Assembly (NCBI RefSeq): GCF_036321535.1
Contig: NC_087436.1
Coordinates: forward strand, 112,098,001-112,162,000
DNA length: 64,000 nucleotides
Source: Camelus dromedarius
Taxonomy: Eukaryota
Direction: 5' to 3'
The notes under the pieces are model-generated. The model was not told where the DNA came from. It searched no databases and saw nothing but the letters and a program-made list of their open reading frames with translations. A program made the translations under genes and the position numbers. Of this stretch, positions 1 to 12,000 are shown piece by piece (the first letter of the stretch is position 1; every line of letters starts with the position of its first letter).

Positions 1-295
1 GTTCCCTGCCTCTCTCCCAGCTCCAGTGACTTCCAGCAATCCTGGGTTTGTAGACACAGCCCTCCTATTTCTGCCTCTGTCTTCACCTGGACCCCTTCCC
101 TGTGTCTCTGTCTGTTTTCCCTTCTCATCTCTTTAAAGGACTTATTGGCTTTACGACCCACTCTACTCCACAATGATCTCATGTCCTTACCTTGAGTGCC
201 GCTACAACCCTCCCACCCCTTTGTCCATAAAAGTTCACTTTTCTAGATTCCAGGTGGACATATCTTTTGGGGGGACTACTATTCAACCCACTACA
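1..295 (-). mobile_element. MaLR LTR (MLT1B/C-like), cut by the window edge
   Basis: Reverse complement starts TGTAGTGGGTTGAATAGTAGTCCCCCCAAAAGATATGTCCAC, the typical MLT1 5' end. Confidence 0.8.
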
Positions 296-3200
296 GGGGA
301 TTTTCTCCCTCCATCCCTGGGGGATGCTAGCCACATCTTTTCTGCTCCTTCTTAGGTACAATCCAGCTACTTTGAGCTTCAAACATGGTCTCAATTTAGC
401 TACTGGCATATCAAACGCTGAGTCTCAGCCAAAACTTGGGCTCTGATAGGTCTTCTCTCCTGTGCAGCTCAGACTTGGTTCAAACTGAAAGATGCAGGGG
501 GAAAGGAAAGCATTTCTCTTCTTCTTGCTTTTCTTCTCACCTTCGTCCTTCCCTCACCTGCAGCCTCTGGTTTACTGTCTTTCAGGGTCTAAGGTGGGTG
601 AGGGGTTGTGCTAGGATGGTTCACATTTGGCTGGAGGGAGGGTTTCATGTTCCAGGCATGGCAAATATTCAAAAGGGAGACCCTGGATAGGCTGAGGCCA
701 ACCAATAGGAAAGGAGATGTGTTCCCTCATGGTCCCCTCCCTCCTGCAGTTCCCTGGCCCAGGTTGATGCGTCTGGTCCTAAGCCCTGGCTTTCAGCCAA
801 CACCTGCTGAACAACTTTATTGGGCCTGCCCTCCCTCTCCCTTGGCTTATCTGGCTCCCAGGACATGCACATGGCACTTGTCCTCACGGCCTCTAGGGTG
901 CAGGCTCAGGCCAGCCGAGCAGTCCTCTCCCAGCTGGCCCCCCAGCAGGCATTCAGCCCCCTCAGCCCCTTCTCAGAGCTCACACTCAGATACCCCATCC
1001 TCTCCAACTTTCTGAATCCGGGCCAGCCTCCAGACCTCTACACCTTCCATCTGCCAGAAATAGACTTCAAAAATCTCCACATCCCTGAAGCACCCACTGG
1101 CCGGGTGTCGGAGGTGGAAGTGGCCCACATGCTGGGGCAAGGATGGAGCTCCCCCAGAAATCCCTTCACCAGCGCTCTGCGCCCACACTCCTGGTCCCTT
1201 TGTGATCTCATTCTGCTCGCTCCGTCCGTCTGCACACCGCAGCCTCCTGCCTCTCCCAGGCATACGGCTGTGTGTGCCTTGCCTGTCGTCACGGCAGGAA
1301 AGGAAGCGCCTAGTCCAGTTATGTGGATTATCTTAGCGCGTTCTTTTCGCGAAGGCGTTCCCACTGTTTGAACTTTCACTACTGAAAACAAGGCGGGGTG
1401 CCTAGCGCAGTGGATGGGGAATCTCTGCGGAGAAGCCAGTCTGGAGTCTCTGGAATCATGCAGAGAGTACACGTGTGCCTCTGGGCAACATCGATTATTA
1501 CGCAGGCCCTGGCAGGGTGGGGAAAGGGTATGAGAGATTTGAATATGGGCCACTGTTATATGCCTCGCAGACAGGACTTTCACCACGGGAATGCAAATGT
1601 GAGTAACAGGGATTTTTAAAAATCTCTTCTCTGAAGGTGATGAGATATTGGGTGGTCTTTCTTGATTAAAAAAAAAAAACTCATTGGTAACAGATGAAAT
1701 GGAAACTCAAGAACTTACGAACTCGTTTCTAGTTCAGATCAGCCAGGTCTTTGTTCCCAGCCGGCCCTTCATTTGCATGTTCCTGACTCCTTCAAATGTC
1801 CCAAATGCCCCACCGCTGTCCTGCCCTTGCCCCAATGTTATGTTCCACATCTTTTCCAATTCTCATTTTTTTTCTTGCTTTATCTAAACTTAAACCCACT
1901 TTGCCCCTCCAACCCCAACATGTCTTCCCAGGAAGCGGGGAAGAAATTGTTAATAACTCATATTGATCTGTGTTAATATGGTGGTCACTGCTTAGACCGG
2001 CTTTCCCAGGGGGATAACTGCCACTCTGCGACTCAGGGAAATTGTGTAGACCTTAAGGAAAGATTTACTCCTTGGAACTGCCTGAGAATTGACTCTTGCC
2101 AGCCCGACAGTCTGGGAGGTTTAGATCGTATATCTAGACAAAATCAGGTACCTCCAAACTTATCTGAGCAGGCATGATAGTGAGAACATATTTTTTCTGG
2201 CATGACAAGTGTCATTTTAAAGCATCTCAAGTTACAAATTTATCTGTATATTCCTTGGAAGCCGCTGGTTATTGATGCTCCACTGTGCCAGCCGGAGACA
2301 CGAGGCTGCCACGTTGCCTTCAGGGAGCTTCATGGAAGATGCACTGTGCTTTGAAATATAACAGCTTCAAGAACTGGACTTGTGCATGTCCTGAAGGTGG
2401 TATGGAAGAGGTGGGAGCCTCCGCCCTCTGACGTCTATGAGGATGATGAGGTGCTGGCTTGTGCTGGGGCCAGTCGTCAACAGTCCACCACAGTCCTCTG
2501 TAAGCCTCTCTTCCCAACTCTGTTCTGAGGTACATCTGGCTCGTACCTTGAAACCTGCCACAGTGGGAGTGTTTACACCCCAGGAATTGGTGAGCACTGC
2601 AAATCAGGGCTTGCTTGTTTCCAGAGAGGTGACTGTTCAACATTTACCAGCCAATCAGCAAAGTCAGGAGAGTGCTTCTCCCTCTGACTTTCATTTTGAC
2701 TTGGAATTCACTTTACAGCAAACCATTTAGCATGCCTGTTCCTTGGCAAGAATCACTCAGGCTTTTAAGGGAAACTGTGAGAACCAAGGAAAGCATACAA
2801 AAGGAAGTGCTTTAGGCTCCCTGGAAGAAAATCTTCCTTTTCTTTATCCTTTGACTCTAGGAAACAAATGCTCAGAGTAGTTCAGTTTCTCTTCCAGGGT
2901 CCAGCAAGTCAGTAGCGGATCTTGGCAGGAGGGGCCCTCTTTTCTGTTTGTTATTATAATGTTCCAAATCATCCTCTTATTCAAGGAAAATAAAACTCTG
3001 TAACATGAAGTATACTTTTGAACTATCCCTCACTGCTTGTTATGATTGGATGCGGTATTTTCACCACATGTTAATTGATGCGAGGCACTGTGTGCGGGAA
3101 GATGGAGGTGGGCTCATAAACATCAGGAATGGGAGGGCAGGGAGGTCAGCAGTTTATGGCCAGTGCTTACTACTGAGCTGCCATCCACATTGAGTGTTGT

Positions 3201-4781
3201 TTGGGTTATTTTCATCGTTTGATAAACGATTGTTGAGCATTTTCTGCGCTGGATTTGGGGCAAAGATCAATAAGAATCTAACTCCCAGGACGAGGTGGGA
3301 TGTGATGAATGTTCAGAGTCAATGTGCTTACTGAATGGATGGGCACAGCGGTGAGGCATGGCCTGAGTGGGGTGTCAACCAAACTCTTCCTGGGTGACAT
3401 GGAAACAGAAAGATATTTACAAATAGAATGTGCCTAGAATGAATCCAGAGTTTTCTCACAGTCAGTTACCTTCTCTTCTACCTCTGTCTTCTAGAAAGGA
3501 GAAATAAATAATTGAAAGGCTGGAAGGGGACCAAGAGTTCATCAAAGGCTTCCTTTGGCTCCAGGCTAGAATCCGCGTGGAAACTTTCCAAGAATGAACG
3601 TTACCTGCCCCATTAATTAAAGGTCCCAGAGAAGAAGCTTCCGTGAGCCCTTCTGCCAATGTCCTTCAGGGTCAGCCTTCTTACTGCCAAGGGATCTCCC
3701 TGTCTCATTCTTTCTTGACTCACTTTCTATCTGTGACATGTGGTCTTCATTTCATTCAATCCTTCATTTATTCTTCTGTTACTGGAGAGCCAACTGCGTG
3801 CTAAGTCAATGATTTTCAAACTTGCAGAGCTTTTGAAATAAACACTGATGCTTGGGCCCTCATTCCTTGAAACAGATGGAATGCTACTGGGCTGGGGCCC
3901 AGGGCCTCTTGTGATGGTAATGATGATGATGCTAACAATAAAAATAGTGGCAGCGCTAGTAATAGTGGCCACAGCAAACACTTACTGGGCCACACACACT
4001 GTTCTAGTTTGCATAAATTACCTCGTTTAATATTCACAACAACCCTATGGACAGGTAAGTGGAAGCTGGCATTTGACTCCAGTCCATTTCCTGACCACTG
4101 TGCTTTGCAGCCTCCAAATTTCTGTAAAGCTTTCAAAAAGGTTCTGATGCATTTCTGAAGTTGAAAACCATCGACATGGTGATGTACTTGGCACAAGGAG
4201 GCTGTTTGTCCAGAACTGTCTACTTCTTTTCTTCTGTTCCTTGGTTCACTGTGTAGCAGTGGGGACAGATACATTCAATATGCAACTGTACATGCACAAA
4301 CCTGCACCATGTACAGCATGAGGAGTCATGGTCAAAGCACTGTCACGGGGACCGTGAGTGTCGGAGGTCGAGCAGAGTCATTCTTCCTGGGTGTTGGAAG
4401 GAAGGTTGGAAAGGATGTGGGTAAACAGTCTTTAAATTCAGAAGTCAAGCCACAGATCCTCACAAGGATTAAATGAGTGTGGCCGGAAGCTCTGCTCTCA
4501 CGTGGAAGTATTCTCCACAATCCTGTGTAGGACAATGGCTGTCTTCCTGGTGCTTCTGGAAAAAAGAGTGAGCCTGTGAGTGGATCTGCAAATAATTTAT
4601 GCAGCCTGTTTCCTAACTCAGCCCAATACACGTCCAGCCATTCCTAGTCTCACCTGTGTCCTTCTCTGAGGGTCACTGGTTATGAAAGGGACTACGGGAT
4701 GAGGAATCCAGGACTTGTCTACATCGTCCACACCCATATTCGTTTTTCTTATTCGGCACAGCAATTATGAGAAGACAGTGG

Positions 4782-4902
4782 TGGGGGGCAGGGTATAGCT
4801 CCAACGGTAGAGCGCATGCTTAGCAAGCACCGGGTCCTGGGTTCAATCCCCAGTACCTCCACTAAATATAAATAAATAAACCTAATTATCTCCCCCCAAA
4901 AA
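4782..4902 (+). mobile_element. Camelid tRNA-derived SINE (Vic-1-like), long form
   Basis: GGGTATAGCTCCAACGGTAGAGCGCATGCTTAGC...GGTTCAATCCCCAGTACCTCC with A and B boxes and a CCTAATTATCTCCCCCC tail. Imperfect TSD agaagacagtgg (4770-4781) / agaaaacaatgg (4903-4914). Confidence 0.9.
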
Positions 4903-5479
4903 AGAAAACAATGGAAAGTAGGAATTGACACACGAAGGGAATAAGGTATCGATGTCTTGCTCATATTTGTAACCCCTAAACCTAGCAGGACGCACAGCAA
5001 ATGCTTGCTGAATAAATTAATGAAAGAAAAAAAAAAGAATGAATGAGAAAGGATACTGTGTTACTTTAACATGGATATTTGTGATTCTCCTGAATGACGA
5101 TGATAACGATGGTAGTGGTAGCGACATCTGATAAGGCCTGACAGGCATGATCTCATTTAATTTTCTCAATGTCTTGTGAGATCAATGGGCAGGTATCGTT
5201 ATCCTCAGCCCCATTTATAAGTCAAGACGTTGAGCTTAAAGACCTTGCCTAAGACCACTCAGTGGTCTGTGCAAAATCTGGGTCTTGTGCTCAGCCTTCC
5301 TGAATTTCATGCCTTCTCTACAATGGTGGGAGCATCGCCAATATCCAGCTGCCAGATAAAATTTCTGCACCAGAGAAACTGGGAAAATATGTACCTTCTT
5401 TTCCCTCTGAGATGAAAAATGGCTGCATAATCTCTTTATCTTCAGGGCGAACTCTCCTGTCACACTTTTCTGTTTTGTA

Positions 5480-5599
5480 GTTTGCATCTACCTACTAGAT
5501 GCCAGTAGCAACTTCCCCAAATCATGACAACCAAAGATGCCTTCAGACACTGCTAATTGTCCCCTGGGGAGCAAAATCATTTTTTGCCGAGATCCACTG
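5480..5599. mobile_element. MER20 (hAT-Charlie) fragment
   Basis: ctacctactagatgccagtagca...gacaaccaaagatgccttcagacactgctaattgtcccctgggg...ccactg resembles MER20. Confidence 0.75.
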
Positions 5600-6589
5600 G
5601 TCTAACGATTTTGTCCATACAGTAGATTTCCAATTAGTTGAGCTCTGATAATATTAGTTCCTTTTTTTTTTTTTTCTTTAAATGGGCTACATGGTTAGTT
5701 AAAGTCTGGTAAGGATTACAAAGCAAGAGGTCAGGACTTAGGAGACAAAGTAGTTGAATATCATCACCAGAGTCACATGACTCAGAGTCACAGTAAAATG
5801 ATTCTATTTTTCTATATTAAACATTAAACTTCTGTCTGCTTACTTTTCTCAGAAGGCTGATTGTATTGTAGTTTGCTATATACATGTATGTGTCTCTGTA
5901 TATTTATATTACATATAATATACATATGATTTTTTTCCTCCAGAAGTGTTCATAACTCTCTCTCCTGCCTACTTAAAATTAGAATTAGCTAAATGAATTA
6001 ATTAATAATAAATTAGGGTTCAAAAACATTCATCTTTTAGGCTCGAGTAGCATTTATTTTCTACCCAACAGATGAACATTGAAATTCAGGAAAAATATGG
6101 AATTAAAGCCTAATAAAATGTTATATAAACTCTTAAGTCATGTTGACTTAAGTGGTGAGATCATGCCAAGAAAATTAATGGAGCTGGCTCCGGGGACGCC
6201 AATGCAGTGATTTATCCAGCTCTGCGCATTTCTAAGCAAAAGCACATGTCTGCAAAATGAACTTTGCAAACCAGAGAGAGAAAGAGCCAACTGCCAAATG
6301 CATCTCAGACCTTTTTCATACATACAACTTTCGCACTGAAAAGCAGTTTTGGTTTTTACCCGCTTGAAGAAAGTACAACAAAACCTTGACATATGTAAGA
6401 ACAAGTTCTTCTTTGGCCACCATTGCCCAAGCGGTGCTTCTGTTCAAGTTTAAAATATGACCCCATCCTAAAATTCAGGCCCATTTGCTGGGCCTCTTAG
6501 AAAGAGATTTTTTTTTCTCTGTTTCTGTTTAAGAATTAGCCTGGTGTCCATAATTAGAAGGTAGCCCAATATATTGGAAAGATCAGTAG

Positions 6590-6790
6590 CTTTGATTTTC
6601 AGCCCCTGCCAAGCCAACTTACTGCTTGAGTGACCTTGAGCGCATCACTTAACCCTTCTGTGCCCTATGTTCTCTGCTGTGAATGGAGCTAACGATATGC
6701 ATTCCTCAGGGAGGCCGGGAGGCACCAGGAGATACGTACAGCAAGGTCCTAGTGCAACACTTGCTACATGGATAGATGCTTAACAAGGGT
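6590..6790 (+). mobile_element. MIR SINE
   Basis: Core gtgaccttgagcgcatcacttaacccttctgtgcc. Confidence 0.65.
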
Positions 6791-6829
6791 GGACTCCTTT
6801 CCCCTTTGCTTAACACCAAAATCACAATC

Positions 6830-7090
6830 TGACCACCCATTGAGCCCAAAGTGGCCTGCCCATGTGTTCGTTTGCAAAGTGCTTTCAAACACTTCTGAAA
6901 TAATTGCCAATATTCCTGTAAAAATCTAAATTGGATCTTTTGAAAGAAACAAAAAGATCAGAAGATCTGGCAACGCTAGGCCCCAATAGATGGGGCCCCA
7001 TGTCCCCAGTCTCCCAATCTCCATCACTGATGTCTCACACCTGGCTTGCTTCACACATTATGTCACGTGCCTGATACGTTTAAGACTTGA
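6830..7090. mobile_element. hAT-Charlie remnant (MER102-like)
   Basis: Motif tcagaagatctggcaacgctaggcccc with the preceding taaaaatctaaattg; recognised from memory. Confidence 0.5.
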
Positions 7091-7447
7091 GGTTTTAGGC
7101 ACAATGCACAGAAACAATTATGGAGACTCTGGGTACATAGGAGGCTTCAAGGATGCAGAGACTTACCATCAGGGACCCTGCCTTCAAGGAATTCACAGTC
7201 TTATTAAGGACTTATTGTAAGTGATGATTTCAATTTAGCAGGAATTTGCTGAATTCCTACCACAGAGCTGGCACTGAGGATACAAAACTTAATAAGATAT
7301 GGCCCCTGCCCAGGAGGAACCTGTTCCGCTGATCTCTTGCATCCCGTTGATTGGACTGGAGTTTCTGTTTTCTGTTTCCAACCCAGGCTGAGACTCCTAA
7401 CATCATTAACTTTTTATATTCTGCTTAGGAGCCCTAGTTTTTGTTTC

Positions 7448-7495
7448 GTTTTTAGTTTGTTTTGTTTGTTTGTTTGTTTGTTTGTTTGTTTGTTT
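7448..7495. repeat. (TTTG)n microsatellite
   Basis: Direct read of the tttg array. Confidence 0.9.
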
Positions 7496-8739
7496 CCAAT
7501 ATACTGATAACATAAAATCATGGCAATGACTTAGCTATAGATAAATTTAGTCTTCCTAAAATTTGGGAAAGCAGAAAACAGCAACAGAAGCCATTTTCCC
7601 TTCTATTTCCTATAGAGAGAAGGTTTTTTTTAAAAAAAAAAAAAAATCTGGCTTCCCAACTCCTAACTAGTACATGGCAAATTGCAGGAACTAAGTTATG
7701 TTTGTTCGTTGGAATAAATGGATGAGTGTCTATGACACTGAATGGATGAGTGCAATTCTGCCTAATCCGATTCACTCCTCCCCCACCTCCACTTATTTAT
7801 TTAATCCACGATACATGCAGAGCTGGGGAACGAATGCTTCAGACAAAGGGGACAGTGGATCCAAAGGCCTTGAGATGGGAACAAGCTGGATACCTTCCAA
7901 GAGGCAGAAGGAAGGCTGGGGTGGTGGGGGAAGTGGGGAGAAAAGCAGTTAGAACCGACATGAGCTGTTTATACAGGTCCTGTCAGCCTTGTTGCAGGTC
8001 TGGTATGTTTTCTAAGTGTGGTGGGAATGAGAAATCTGATTTAAAAGATTTCATTGGTCACTAAGCAGACAATGGGCTGCAAGGAGGCAAGCGTGAAGCC
8101 AGAAGACCAGCTAGGTAGGGACCTCCTTAGAGCAAGTGAGCAGCGATAGGTGACACCTATGGGGTGACAGTGGTGATGGGAGGAGATTCAGGACAGATTG
8201 AAGACTGAGCACCTACTGGCACCATGACTGATAATCATGCCAACTCTAAGTGTAATTTTAATTTTTCTAGGAATCAACTTTTCTAGTAGCAATGCTTTTG
8301 GAGTATTGAGGGGATAAACTCTTTTCAAATCTACTGGTATTTGATGAAAATGTCTCTTTATATTGCCTACTTTATTAGCTTTAACTTTTCTTTTGCACAA
8401 AAGACAGCTTTGTACTGTTCTGCTGCAGTAACTTGCGGTCGGTCAGCATTCCTCCTGGAAGTTGTGATATTCCTTCTTCTGATCTCTCTCTTATTTTCTT
8501 TTTAACCTGTCTGGTTGTAGAACTGGTTTGTCATTTCCCCCTAGATTTTGCATCAGTACTATTAGTTTACATTTTAAAACCTATCTGTACTTATTTGTTT
8601 TAACTAGAAACTAATGTTATAATTTATACTTAGTACAATTATTTTAATTGAATTCCCAATTAAAATTTGCCTACATTTCCCTGTAACTTGTGCTGTCTGC
8701 ATAAGATATTGAAGTAAACATATTACAGTGCTATCTGGT

Positions 8740-9077
8740 GCAAAGAAAAAAATCATTCAAGCTGAATCAATCTGTTGACAGGAACCAACACACCTTGCAC
8801 GATGTGTTTATGTATAATAGCAGAAACAACAGATATACCCGACACTCTCACTGCAAAATGATGATATTATCTTATGAGATGCAATAGTTACATGGAAATG
8901 TACTCCTACCAACATCATAACTGTATTTGATGGACAAGGATTTTGGACTGCTTTTATTTTTAAATTTAACTTTACATCAATTAAAATTAAATAAAATTTC
9001 CAGTTCCCCAGTCTCAATGGCCACATCTCAGGTGCTCAATGGCCGCCAGCAACTGGTGGCCATATTGGACAGTGCAG
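8740..9077. mobile_element. hAT-Charlie element end (Charlie1/MER3/MER33 family)
   Basis: taaaattaaataaaatttccagttccccagt...ggccacatctcaggtgctcaatggcc...atattggacagtgcag matches the family terminus. The left boundary is uncertain. Confidence 0.65.
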
Positions 9078-12000
9078 CTCCAGTGAAATTCTAAGCTAAG
9101 TAGCCTTGCCCTCACCTCTCCTGGCCTGTCCCTGTCTGAGCAGGGAAGAGGGTAGGTGACAGGAGCTCAAAATGCCATGCTCTCTGCTTTTCCATCCTGT
9201 GATGCTCAACACAGAAATATTAAGGCTTGCGTAGGGTATTCAGTTAACCAACAAGTCAAGCCCATATGATGTCAAGCCCTTAAGAACCAGATTCCATTTT
9301 TCAAAGATGTTTTACTCACAGAACAATAAACATTTTCTGTAAGAGAAGGAAATGATCCATTTGATACAGAAAAATTGACTTCTGCACACAAACATGATTT
9401 TTTTTTCACCTGTTACATTTTAAATATACATGTTCATAAACCCGGCAGCCCTGTCTACACCGGGACTGGCTACCAGCCACTGTGGCTGATGTCCGCATCA
9501 CAGCTTTGAGGCGTCGCTGCTGCAAGCTGGCTGAATATGTGCATTTTTGTGAAATGCCAAATATGGGGCTGTTCGAAGGCTGTCATTCTCCATCAAACAA
9601 ATCATGCCAATAAATGCCATCGGTATTCAGTAGACTGTAACGTTTCTGATGTCTGTTGAGCAAATTATACTCATTTTAAAATTTGTGTAGCTGCGGATTG
9701 ACACTTATTCATGTATTTGTGTGCTAGGCGGAGTCATTGCTGCCTGTCACACACACGTGTGCACACACACACACAGACTTGCACTCATCTACATCCCTGA
9801 GCATTTTTGTTCTCGAGAAGCACTATCCTGCTTAAACTTTGATCCCACCTAAGCCCCCCTAACGGGTCTCTAGACCTGCCATCAGTGTGCCTTGTCTTTG
9901 GGTAGTACTTTGAAGCAAGAACAAATCCCTTAATATCTGTGAGAATCTGGATTTCAAGAAGGATCAACTTTGACTTCCTGCGGCTGATGCCAGACCCGCT
10001 TTGTCCCCCTGGCCCCTGTGGCTAGTGTCACAAATATTAATGCCACACTTCTCCCTGCTGGGCTCAGAATGGCCCCTTTTAATTAAAATATGGATCTATT
10101 TTTCAAATGCATTTTCCGATTTCTGCATGGGGAGAAGTGCTTCTCCCGCAGAGTGTAATTTCAGATTGGGCAAAATAGGTGCAGATTTCATTCGAATTTC
10201 TTTGAAGTTTCAGAACGTCCTTATACCCTAGGATGATTTTTTTGCTGCTTTTATATTCTCAATGGTCTCCTGGACATTAGGGGATAGCTTTCATGTATTC
10301 ACTTCTTTGGGATTCTGAAACATTATTGGATAAATATTAAAGAGAACCAAATTGAATCAAAGTTAAAGTGAATCAGATAGGCCCTAAATAAAATTTAAAA
10401 AGCAACACTTAAAATATATTGTTATTAACCAAGACTTTTGGGGAAGTTATAGGCTAAATGTGATTCTCATACCAATGAATCAAGGGTTTCTTATGTGGAA
10501 AAAATACCATCTACTTTTACATACCAATGTGTCCACATGGAAATAAAGCTCAGAATTTCTCTCTTTAGATAGCAAGGAATAGATACCTGGAAAGGAACTT
10601 TCTCTGGGCTAAAGTTCTCTAACTTTCTGAATGGATCATGGCTTCCTTTGGGTCCCACAATACATTTATATCATACTTTAAATGTATCTATATATTTTTA
10701 TGAACACACCTGCCTCTCCCACTAAATCATTAATCTCCATGAGAACCAGCATGATGCTGGGTGTTAATATCTCACTGTCCCACCCCCACCCCCATCATTG
10801 TCCCCATAGACTCTTCACCATTTTGTCCCTTGACTTACTCTCAATTTCTTGTAATTTGGGTGGGGTAGGGCAACTTAAAATGGACTATTCTGCAAATAAG
10901 TAGATAAAGCAGGGATTTGGAGGGTAGGAATCAGGTTGTGAGTCAACTCAATCTCTTTTTCACTGACGTACAGTCTCAAGAGAGATTTCTAGGTTCCCAT
11001 TCCTTCTAATGTCTGTAATGTTCATATACTGGTCAATGTTCTCACACAGAAATGCTTGTCTGCATTAAATTTTCATTCAAGTACTGATATTTGGACCTTG
11101 GGAGTATAACTTGATTGTAGACTTTTCGTCTTTTTATCTATAATTCATTTAGAATCATCAACACAGGCGGAATACCGTCACCCCAAACAGAAGCGTGAAT
11201 GGCATTGCACGGCTTGTCTGAGGCTTCCCAGAATTTATACTGTGAAGTTCAGAGAAGAGCTCTGAAGTTCATCTCTTCTTATCAATTTAGTTACTCCAGT
11301 AAGAGAAATCTTACAAGCAATCGCCTCTGGGCTCACTGAGAACAGAGACCAGGTCTGAGAAGGAGGAGTCACGGTGTATTTCAGACTCCTAAATCATGGT
11401 GGGCCAGCTAGATTACAGAGCTGTCTTGCTCCCTTCCACCAAGACTAAGCCATGACAATGAGCCCAGGTGCCCGGATGTCCATTGGCACTGCCACCCTGA
11501 CTTAATTTTCTTGCTGAGTGTGTTTGTGTTTCCTGCCTAATTGTACTGTGTTTGCAAAGTCTACACAGTCTCTTTTCTCTCTGTCTCTTCCTTTTTTATT
11601 CCTCAGCTGCTCACCTGGATGTCCCATCCTTTTCTCCAGATTTTAAGCACTTTGAGAAGAATGGGGTGTGGTCTTAGTGAGGGTGGCTGTGTTTCAAAGT
11701 CGGGTGATGACTCCACATGGATCCCCCTTTACTCGGATCATTAACACTTTACTTTGGCCATTTCACATCTTCAAAGCTTTGTTCACAGGTCATAACTCCC
11801 CGGTTAGGTTTGGTTTGATTTTTCCATCACCAAACACCGGCTGTCAGTCAATATCACCACAGGTAAGACTCACCAGGGTGGCTGCGGCAACCCACCTGGG
11901 TGTACCTGGTGGCTTTTGCTCAGTTTGGGGGGCGGTGAGAGGGGGTCCTCCACAATGATCAGCAGAAACCTAAGAAGGAAAAAGAAGGTGTGGGGCAGGA

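Noticed and set aside
608..1586. Overlapping ORFs of 135-183 aa on both strands
   Set aside because: No recognisable domain, several rely on non-ATG starts, and they are expected by chance in GC-richer intron DNA.
4782..4860. tRNA-like sequences with A and B boxes (also 27871-27947 and 28482-28543)
   Set aside because: They have SINE tails and TSDs and no complete cloverleaf, so they are SINEs rather than tRNA genes.
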